Positions 27,601 through 39,600 of a stretch of DNA of 64,000 bases are shown here, in pieces; the stretch's first letter is position 1, and each line of letters starts with the position of its first letter. The notes under the pieces were generated by a model. The model saw nothing but the letters and a program-made list of their open reading frames with translations. It had not been told where the DNA came from and ran no database searches. The translations under genes and the position numbers were made by a program. This stretch comes from Ruditapes philippinarum (lineage: Eukaryota), in assembly GCF_026571515.1 (NCBI RefSeq), contig NW_026854186.1, positions 310,001 through 374,000 of the forward strand. The letters are read 5' to 3'.

Positions 27601-30600
27601 ATTTGTATATTTTTTGTTAAGAAAATTTATCATGATTTGAAAGACATTTTCTGTAAATGTCATTCTTCTATTTTTTTGACTAAAATTAAATGTCTTTTCA
27701 TTCTTCATACAAAAATAGCATACATTTTTTCTTTGTGGCATTCATTATTTCCTCCCTCATTTTGATGTTTGGAGGTTCTAGTTTCTCCATGTTCCATTTC
27801 AACCATATCCTTGGTGCTGGCTTTATACCTTCAAGTATAAAATACTGTAACATATCAACTTCTATACATAAAATATATTTGTCTCATCTCCCTTTATCTA
27901 AATATAAGTGATAAATATACAATAAATCAAAATAATTATTTATTCAAACAGTAGAAATAATTAAGATGAGATTATACATATAACCGTACCTGCTATCCAT
28001 CCATACACTAAACTTGCTAGGTCTTCTTTGAAATCTTCCCCAAATTGACGATAAGAATCCGGGAAACAGTGACAATATGCTGCATATACTGCCTGAGATA
28101 TTAGACTTGGATAATCCTAGAACAATTTTAATCATAGTTGTTTTTTTAAATAATGGATGAAAATATAAACAAGAGGGTCATGATGGCCCTAGATCGCTCA
28201 CCTGACTTATCAAACTCATCCAAACAATTACCTAGACAAGCATTCTGACCAAGTCTCATGACAGGTGAGTCAAAAATGAAACCACTACAGTATTAACAAG
28301 GATTATCCATATTTGAGCAGTGCGACCTAGTTTTTTACCCAGGTGACACATATTCAAACTTGACCTAGAAATCATCAAAACAAACTTTCAGACCAATTTC
28401 GAGGATACTTGGATCAAAACAGTAGCAACTAGAGTGTTAACAAGATTTTTCTATTTTTAGCTCCTGTGACCTAGTTTCACATGCGATTTCGAACTCATCC
28501 AAGCAATTACCTAGACAAGCATCCTGACCAAGTTTGATGATAATTGAGTCGAAAATGTGACCACTAGAATGTTAACAAGGTTTTTCCATATTTGGGCGGT
28601 GTGACTTAGTTTTTCATCCAAGATGACCCATGTTCGATCTTGACTTAGAAATCATCAAAACAAACTTTCAGACCAATTAACAGAATATTTGGATCACAAC
28701 AGTAGCCACTAGAGTGTTAACAAGATTTTTCTATTTTTAGCTCCTGTGACCTAGTTTTTCATCCGAGATGTCCCATGTTCGATTTATTCCCAGCAATGAC
28801 CTAGACAAGTTTCCTGACCAAGTTTAATGACAATTGATGCAAAAATGTGACCACTAGAGTGTTAACAAGGTTTTTCTATTTTTAGCTCCGGTGACCTACT
28901 TTTTCATCCAAGATGACCCATGTTCAAACTCATCCGAGCTATCACCTAGACAAGCATCTTGACCAAGTTTGATGATGATTGATGCAAAAATGTGACCGCT
29001 AGAGTGTTTACAAGGTTTTTCTATTTTTAGCTCGGGTGACCTACTTTTTCATCCGAGATGACCCATGTTCAAACTCATTCAAGCTATCAACTAGATAAGC
29101 ATCCTGACCAAGTTTGATGATGATTGATGCAAAAATGTGACCGCTAGAGTGTTAACAAGGTTTTTCTATTTATAGCTCCGGTGACCTTGTTTTTCATCCG
29201 AGATGACCCATATTCGAACTCATACGAGCTATTATCTAAACAAGCATCCTGACAAAGTTTGATGATGATTGGGTCAAAACTGTGACCACTAGAGTGTTCA
29301 CAAGGTTTTTCTTTTTTTAGCTCTGGTGACCTAGTTTTTCATCAGAGATGACCCATGTTCGAACTCATCCAAACAATTGACTAGACAAGCAATCTGACCA
29401 AGTTTGATGAAGATTGGTTAAAAAATGTGACCACTAGAGTGTTCACAAGGTTTTTCTATTTTTAGCTCCGGTGACCTACTTTTTCATCCGAGATGACCCA
29501 TGTTCGAACTCATCCGAGCTATCACCTTGACAAACAGGTGAGCTAAAAAAAGCTGTCAAACAGTAAACAATAGTCTGTATATTGCGAGAATTTACAAAGG
29601 GAAATAATAAAGTAACTAGAAATGTGTCCATGGATTTTACCATACTCTACTGTATTGTCAGTCTACAGACAGACAACTTGACAGTTGCATAACAAGATAC
29701 AGTAACGTGACAGATGAACAGACAAGGGGCGAATCTATATATGCAACAAGAATGGTAGTTATGTTATTTGTAATCTCAAAGTCATGTGTGAATGTTCACA
29801 TTAATAGTTTCAGTAATTATAATGATATGAAACACCTAAACTATTACATTGATATTATGGTATCACAGTCCACTTTTCTAGGAATAGTTGAGCTAAAAAT
29901 TATATGTATCGTCGGGTCATGTGTTTTGACGCTCATCTATTTTGACGCCATTTTTGTTTTGACCTAAAAAATGATGAAAACGACCTCGTATGACGTCATA
30001 ATTTGCTGACTGCACTGCAAGCATGTATTTACAACGTATAACTAAAACATGTGGAAAGACAGAGATATTTCACTGAAAATACTTCACCTTTATCATATGT
30101 ACTGTATTTTTTCATCTTTTTACTAATGCAAATTCAATTGAAGTTTATGCAAGCCATAATTTTGCAAATATAGCCTTTGTGAAATCTTGACCTGCCCTTT
30201 TCTGTTTCTATCCTCCATTTTAAAATGTCTAATGAGTGTCATGTGACCAAAACTTTGCAAAGTGTCCTTAATATTCACTGTATCATAAGGTGTACAGCTT
30301 ATATTGTTTGAAAACGTTAATTGGTTTTTAATTGATACTGAGTAAAATTCATAATGGATTAATTATTGTATATAAAGTTTAAAAAAAGAAAGAAAAAAAT
30401 CATTTTTCAAATAAACATATACATATCTTTACAACAGCATTCATTTTAGATATATTTTTCAGCCCTTTAAGCCAAATACAGATGCTATTCATCAAGATTA
30501 ATGGTAAATACATTCAAGGTTAAAGAGACAGGTGCACCTAATAAGACCACTGCCAGGGTGTATGACATTCCTAAATAATGGATAGTTTTATATGAAATAT

Positions 30601-33600
30601 ATTATAATTTTAAGTTTTCACGATGTTGTTACATTGCAGGTTTGCTCATTTAAAAACTTCTTTTGCTGTTCATACTTCATTACAGTGAAATATCCTTTTA
30701 AAATAACCACCCAATGAAAAGGCGTCATTTCATATGACTGTAAACAACAATGGATGCCTCCACAGTCTGTTTAGTTAAGTACAAAACTTAACTGATTTTG
30801 AATTTTAACAAACATAAAAATGGTTTGCAGTGATTAACAACATGCCATAGTTACTTTATATTGTATATTATTTAATGATCAGGTTCAATATAAAGAAATG
30901 CACTAGTTAAACAGCTTAAGGGCGTCAAAACTAATGACTCTAGGATAGTTTATACTAAATTATAAACAAGATATGTTTGTAAAACATGTATGCCCCCTAT
31001 CGGCAGCCAATTTGTTATGTGATCAGGTTATTATGCATGACTTCTGACCCAGTGAACAAGCAATTAATAAGGGTTATCTAGTATCTACTGGTCATGAATA
31101 GTCACAAGGTAATAATTATTGTGACCCCATAGGTTGTGTGCAGCAATTAAAGTTATTAAAAATCTTACCAAATAATATATACATAAATTTTATGACTCAC
31201 ATAGGCCTCATTAATGACAGCCAAGTTCTTATATTACACAATATATTACACAAGATCTTCAAATGTGTATACCAAAAGCACATAAAAATATCAACCAAGG
31301 CAACTTGAGTTGACGAGTTATTGGTCAGAAACGGTCATTAAGTACAAGGTCACTATGACATTGACCCCTTGACCCCAAAATCAAAAGTAGTCATCTACTG
31401 GTCATGACCAATCATCATACCAAGTTTGAAGTTCCTAGGCCTAAGGGTTCTTTAGTTATTGATCAGAAACCATTTTTACCTACAAGGTCAATGTGACCTT
31501 GACCTTTGACCCCAAAATCAATAGGGGTCATATGCTGGTCATGACCAATCATCATACCAAGTTTAAAAATTCCTACGCCTAAGCATTCTTTAGTTATTGA
31601 TCAGAAACCGTTTTTACCTACAAGGTTAATGTGATCTTGACCTTTGACCCCTTGACCCCAATATCAATAGGGGTCATCTGCTGGTCATGACCAATCATCT
31701 TACCAAGTTTGAAGTTCCTAGGCCTAAGCATTCTTTAATTATTGATCGGAAACTGTTTTTACCTACAAGGTCAATGTGACCTTGACCTTTGACCCTTGAC
31801 CTCAAAATCAATATGGGTCATCTACTGGTCATGACCAATCACCATACCGAGTTTGATGTTCCTAGGCCTAAGGGTTCTTTAGTTATCACTCGGAAACCAT
31901 TTGGTCTACGGACCGGACAGACCGACGGACAGGACGGACCGACAAGTGCACAGCAATATACCCCCTCTTCTTCGAAGTGGGGGCATAATAATAGGTTTTG
32001 TCTTTTAAAATAAACAAGAGCTGTCGGTAGAACAACATGCTCGACTATTCTTAATGCCTGATAGTAAAAGAGCCTTGATAATGTAAAATTATCTAAGTAA
32101 ACAAAAGGGCCAAATTTTTCTTTAAATCCATGTTACAGCTATAGGCCTTGGAGAGAGTCCTATTATTCCATCAAAGAAATGTATAAAATTTTAACATGTT
32201 TCAAAGCCAGATGTCAATGGAATATAAGAATATCTGATGTGATATGTAAATTCTAGGTCGAAAAAGGGACATAATCCTGTCAGAATGCTTGATAGAGTTA
32301 CCTTCTTCTGTGTACAGGTGTGGGTATGATGGTGGTTAGGTGCAAAGTTTCAAAGCCATTTATCAATGGACTTTATAAATATTTGAGGTGTTACTAAAAA
32401 CTTTAACATAAGTGGTTATGCCGACACCGACACAGGGGTGACTAAAATAGCTCTACTTATTTTTATCGAATATTCAAGCTAAAAAGTCATAAAACACTTA
32501 AACTAGTTGTTCAAATGCTCAACAAAATAAATATATACATGTTTTTATAATTACCTTAAAGAATACATCTCTGTAGGCAGGGTTTTTGACATACCACATT
32601 AGCTTCACATAATTAAAGGCAGTTCTGTTAAACAATTTGATTTGAGCATTCTTACTGGCCTGAAACTTCTCTAGGAATAGGTACCAAAATATGTCCTGAA
32701 AACATACATGTATATAAACAGTTATTTATATTAATATTAACAAATCTAACACGACCCGCATTTTTCCCTATTGAACATAGAAGAAGTGTAAGTGTGTGTT
32801 ATTATGCAATTAAATCACTGTTGACATTCTATATTTAGACATGTGACTTAATCGTTAAACATGTGAGGTGACCATTAAAAATGCGGAAGACTGAAAATAA
32901 GTACGGAAACTAATCATGCGCAATTTAGCTTAATATCAGGATCAGCAGCATTTATTTGTTTATGTTGTGTTAGAATCGGAATATTATATCCAAATCAGTG
33001 ATTTCATCGCTTCATAAAATCACTGTATGTTGTTAGAATGCAAATCATCATATCACAAGGGCAAAGTTGATATAATTCCTTTCATTCAAACTCCAAACCA
33101 TGATTTAATTGAGCAAAAAATCACTGTTTGGGATATATTATTTCTTAAATTAGCAAGTCACTATGGTTTTTATGCAGCTTTATATTAATGAGTGTGTGTG
33201 TTTATATTTTACATCTCTCCTCATCTCAAGCATCACCAAACTTCATCTATTTACAAAATGTTTATTCTTGTCTCTCAATCTAGGTGGATTTATTAAAGCA
33301 TGCATAATGACAGACAGAAAAGATTATTCATGTAACCTATAGTTGTTTTTTGTTCTACATATCACATTAACATAATACATAAATTTGTCAAGCAATTGAA
33401 CAAAAACTGAAACCCATAACTTTGCTGCGGATAAATAAGATTATTCACAAATTTCATTTCATACTCAAACTAAAAGTGAAGTAAATATATTTCATGTGAT
33501 TTACATAATGTCAGACAAAATGCCTTTCTTTATGGAGCATAATAATACATTAGAAACCTATGAAGCAAGGGGATTTTGTCCGGGTAGGTAAGGGGATTTT

Positions 33601-36600
33601 GTCCAGCCTTGCAAAAACATGAATTGGATTATGTCCATCTATGGAGTTGATTTTGTCCGGGTATGCGAAGGGGATTTTGTCCGAAGGAGATTATGTCGGT
33701 ACACCTATTTACATACATAATCAAATAAAAAAACTTCTTAAACATGCATGAATTGTAAATGTATTTTTCAAGATTACTGTACTTGAAAGGATTTTAAATA
33801 AGTCATGCCTACTTGTTTTCCAATCCACAAAATCTATCAATGTGTTTGTATATGATTACTGCATATATTTATGATGTACAAGTTGGAAACAAGCGAATAA
33901 TGGCTGCAAATTAACGGTCAGCTGTGCACAGCATACTTTAAGAATAACCAAAAAATTGCTATGTTTCGATTTGTGCAGTTGTTGAAATTATAAGGGGAAA
34001 CGTAACAGCATGAGTATGTCATTACCTTGAACTATATAGTAGTACTTGGTTTATACTGTGACATGACGGGAACCTTTAGTCAATATCAAATTAGGCCAGG
34101 AATCCGACACCATGTATCTTATTTATATATAGACAGAGCTGACAAGCTTGAAATAGTTTATCCCAATGCCATGGACATTATTAATTTTATCCAAATTAAA
34201 CAATATCTAAACTTTAAATAAGCAATGACCAACAATAAAAAATCATTAAAGGTATCAGTCCCATTACCAAATCTAACCAAAATAATAATATAAAAAAACG
34301 CATGTGACATCGCTTTAACATATAAAAGGCAGCTATTAAATTTATTGACGAGTTTGGTTACATGATATCAAAACTTGGTAAACTACAGACAACAGTTGTA
34401 CAGTCTATTATTTGTATACAGAGATAAGAAAACACTGTATTTCCTATTTGAGGAAAATGTAAATAAAAACTGTTTTGCAACATAGCAAAAAATTTTAAAT
34501 AAGATCTTAAAAATTGTTTTAAAGTTGTCCACTATTTCTATTAAAATGTTATTAAATGCAAGGGTACACTGTTACTTTTCTATTGAAATAAATGTATTAA
34601 TGATTGCTAACTTTTCCAATAGGAAGTACAATTAGATTTATTTTCACCATGTCAAGGCTACTCCACTCTGTGTATACAAAAGATTTGGCATAAGCTGAAA
34701 AGACATATGAGCCGCGTCACGACAAAACTAACATAGTGCGTTTGCGACCAGCATAGATCCAGACCAGCCTGCGCATCCCCGCAGTCTGATCAGGATCAAT
34801 GCTGTTCCCTATCAGTTTCTCTACTTGTAATAGGGTTGGTAAGCGAACAGACTGGGCGGATGGGCAGACTGGTCTATGATCTTGATCCATGTTGGTCGCA
34901 AACGCACTATGTTGGTTTTGTCCTGGTGTGGCTCACATGTAAAACATTATATACTGGTACCTGAAACACAGCTTGGGACATTGGAGAATAAAACCATTGT
35001 TCAAAGTCAGGACGATACTGGGGCTGAAATGTATTAGTCAATATACATAATAAACAAATTACAAGTAAAATGAATTAAAACTTTCTATTTTTTTCTTAAT
35101 GAAATGGTAAGTGTTCTTAAAGAGTAATGAAGTTTCCATTTCCTATGACATAACCTTATTCTAAATATAACTTTTTAAAACCAAATAACCCCTTAATTTG
35201 CTTGAGAAGCAAAGAAACAATATTTCACTTCATACTTCAACTTTAATGAATTCTAATGAGCTTTACTTGTTCTTTTCTACAAAGGCGCATGTTACATTTT
35301 TTGGTGGATTGCTTTAATACTTCATTTTCCACTAAGATCCCTGGTTAAATGGTTTCTCTTTCAGCAGATTTGATTTAATACTTACTTTTCTACCAAGGTC
35401 CATGGTTGCAGACGCTGCTTTTCTTCAGCATTTCTCTGGCAGGTATTTCATCAGGTAGATCTGATAGTTCTGTAGGGTCATAACCCGGATATTGATGTAA
35501 CTACAATATTACAATAATAAATCAACTCAAACACCTCTCTTAAAACCTCTATTTTCAGGAATAAAAATCAATTTTCAATCATAATCTAAAATGCATGTTT
35601 CTTAGCTTTCTGAAATTGATCTTGTACCTGTCAAGTACATGTTACTTGTGGTAATACATCTTGTTTGGTATCAAGAACATTGTATCTTTTATGATCATAA
35701 ATGTATGTTTTCAGATTTTTAAAACTTTTACAAAACTTAATCATCGCTAAACAAACTTCTATGTAATACATATATAGATAGTGACTCTTCTTTTATTTTC
35801 ATTTTACATACCTCAACAAACTTTGGTTTGCCTGTATCTTTTTTGGCCTGAAATAAAACAAAATAAATGGCATTAGTCATTTTAGGATTAATAGATTATT
35901 GTCCTTTTATTTATCATAATGTTCAAAATGATGCAAATTTATTCTTTTAATGTAAGTAAAAAAGCATTCCAATAACACAAATTTCAAGAAGTCATATCTT
36001 TTATCTCATCTGTGAAAATATTCCACCATAAAAAAGTACTTTTATCACGCATCCTCACTATTTTTTTTTATAAGATTGAGTTGTTTTTTTGTTGTAGGTT
36101 TTTGTGAACACCTACCTGTGTTTTACTTGGAGATAAACTTATCTTTGATATGTTTTTCACTCTTTCACTTCTTCCAGGTAAAAATGCTGCAACAATAAGA
36201 AATCATAACGTTACCTACCATAATCAAAATATCATTGAAATAGTTAAGTGAATTAAATATTGCTCAAAAAGGTAATACAGTCATTCTTTTCAACTAAAAA
36301 CATATTTATATTTCACATTTAATTATGTGGTTCATATATGTTTAAAGTCAATATTAAAACTACTTTAATATATCAAAACATATCAACTACAACTAATGTG
36401 ATATAATATTAATTTCAATTTTCCAAACATAGAATAAATTACTCACTCTGCTTAAGGGTGTAGTATCCTGCAAATCTGTTTAATTCTTTCTGTTCTCTCT
36501 CTGACAAAAATATGAATTCATTGTTCAGATACAAGTACTGTTTAAAAACATAATGAAACAAGTGCATGTATATAAAAGAAACACACACAATGGGCTATAT

Positions 36601-39600
36601 GTCTGTCAAAAATGATCAAATCATATAATTCCAGTAATATGTGCCAGGGAAGTACTTAATGGCAGTCATCATGTGAAGGTTTGATCCTTTGAGAATTGCA
36701 CATGTACAAAATGTAAAAGGAGATGAACACTGAAGAAACTGTTTAGAACCAGCTGTTTGCCACCCAACATTCACCTATTTATTCTCAAAAAAATTCTTAT
36801 TCAAAACTTAATAAAATATGCACAAAAAGATTGTTTAATGGCTTAGAGCATGTTCCATTGGAATATAGTAAACTGTTATATAAATCATTGCAAAATAAGA
36901 ATTGCATTATAGTATCAACACACTCAGATAGAAGCTGTTCCAGTTTTCTGAACTGAGTGTTATTCATGCTGAAGACCTTTTTCAAGTGAAAAAGTCTGTT
37001 GAAAATGCATATACCAAAAGAATGCATGATGCCTCTGAAATGTCAATTTGGGCTTTATTCTCCATGTAATTTATGGATTATTTAAAGATAATAACGTACC
37101 CGGTATTTGATAAGGACTATGATGTCTCTAAATGTCAATTTGGGCCATATTCTACATGTAACTTATAAATAGATAATTTATTGATAATAACAGATCTAAT
37201 AAGAACTTGTTTAATTTGTAACCTTTCCTTTCTATAATCGCTCTTCCTACAGAACTTCTTGGTCTGTCACTACGAAGAAGTTGTTCTTCCTGATTATCTG
37301 AAGCCCTACTCTCCACTACAAGCTGGGTGTACCTCTGTAACTTTCTGTCTAATTTACTTATCTTCTTATTCACTTCTTCGATAGAGCCAATCAAAAATGC
37401 TAATGTTTATGTAAAGGATAAATTCACTTTGTCTTATTTTTCATTTTCTTTGATATTGCAGTAATATAAGCAAATGATTATTTAGTAATCATGTACATGT
37501 TTTATAGTCCAGCAGCTTTTTTTACTTTTAGGGCAATGGTGGCAGGGGCCCATAAAGAGTGGAAAATTGTTTGCAAAAGGAAAAAAGAGGCAATTCAGAA
37601 ACAGTCCATTTGATTTTATGCCAAATTGAGATACAATACCATTATTTTATGGGTCATCATCCAGTTTCATTGTTGAGAAAAAAGTCAATTTGTATTTGCT
37701 TGAATGCTTGCAAACTTAACAATGTTATAAGAATTGCAAAAAACATACACACATTATTCTATTTTACCAATATTCAATAAGACATTAATTATATGATTTT
37801 AATGTATTTAAATGGTTCAAACCAGTGGATTTACTCACTTAATTGGCACGAGGCCTTAGCCTCTTGATTTTGGGAAAAATTAACGCTAAAACAGACTTCC
37901 CGGAGTACATGTCTGATAAATTTTAATTAGGTCCGTCAATTTTTTCATTCTGGATCGGTCTGACCGTTCGGCTTTTATCAAAGACGCATTTTTACAAAAT
38001 GGAGTCGTTTAAGGTGCCAAACCTGGGAAAAAACAAAAATCGACATCAGAGGAGGGTGCAGAACAGCAGTAAAAGGATGAAAGGACTAGACCTGAGACAA
38101 AATTTAATGAAAAATGGAAGCAGGACCGTGTATCGTTGGTGTATCACAGGGAGGAGGTGAAAATGCGCTGTATGAAATGTACCTATTTTTACAGCGAAAA
38201 AATTAAAAGCGACAAGTGGCTTAGAAATACAAACACATTAGTTTTCCTTTGATTTTTATTAATTTCATTTCGGTCTGACAGATTTTCATGGTTTGTCAGA
38301 CCGAATGTCTGACACTTTTTTCTAACTTTCGGGAAGTCTGCTAAAATTGCTAATTTGGGAAGTAAAAAAGCAGGGTTAAGTTCAGATATTTGGGAAAACT
38401 GCCAAGGCCTCTTCCCAATTAAGTGAGAAAAATTACTGTTCATATTGCCCCTACAAGTTATTATGGCAAAATGTAAACTTATTTTGACTTTAAACTGTTC
38501 TCTCACTATATACCCTTGGATGGGCATGTCACTAAAACATAGTTGTTTAGATGCATGACTAAAATATGTCAAAATTGACCAATTGTAACTCAAGTCAGAG
38601 AAATATTAAGTGAAAAAGACTGCGAAATTTTACAAGAGGACATTAACAAGCTAGGACAGTGGGCAACTACTTGGGGTATGAGGTTTCAACCGGTAAAATG
38701 CAACATGATGACTCTAACTAGAAAAAGGAAAATAATTTCTTACAAATATACATTACAAGGGACAAACTGGAATTTTCTACAATCTATTTAAAATATCTTG
38801 TGTCCATATAAGAAGTAAGCTTGCACTGGGAAAACATTGGAAGAAATCTGTAAACAAAAGCATACAAAAACTCTGGGACTTTGAAAAAAATCTATCAACT
38901 TGCCCACTAGAAGTTAAAATTAGCAAGCATATAAAGGGACTTATTAGACCATTTTAGAAAATTGTAGTGCAGCTTGGGACCCCGCATCAAACTTACTAGC
39001 AAGAAAATTAGAAAGTGTTCAAAAGAGAGCAGTTAGATTTATAACATCAAATTATAACTATGAACCTGGTACTATGTCAACACTTTTGAAAGAACTAAAT
39101 CTACCATCCCTTAAGGAATGAAGACAACAAAATAGACTCATATTAATGAATAATGGTGTAAACAAACAAGCACATATAAATATAAACCAGTGTCTATTCT
39201 AGGATTCGAAAAACAGGGGGGATTTTTATCGAAAAGTGAGAATTTATTACATTTGTTGATCTTTTTCCTTCTTTGTCTATGTAAAATTTTCCCCCTTCCT
39301 CTCATAAAATAGGGGTGAATTCTCAAAAATAGGGGTGAATCCCCCCATCGCCCCTCCTAGAATAGACACTGTAAACATTTTACAACATAGTAAAAGATCT
39401 ACCAAGAACCAACATAGTCAACATTTCTTACGTAACGTATCCAGTCGCGTACTGATGTGTTAAAGTATACTTTTTCCCAAAAACTGTGAAAGAATGGAAC
39501 TCTCTACCACCAGACATTTTGATAAATAATGTAAACACCCTTAAGGACACATCCAGTTCAATCGCAAAAATCATTAGAGAGGGTATCATCTTGCCCTAAG

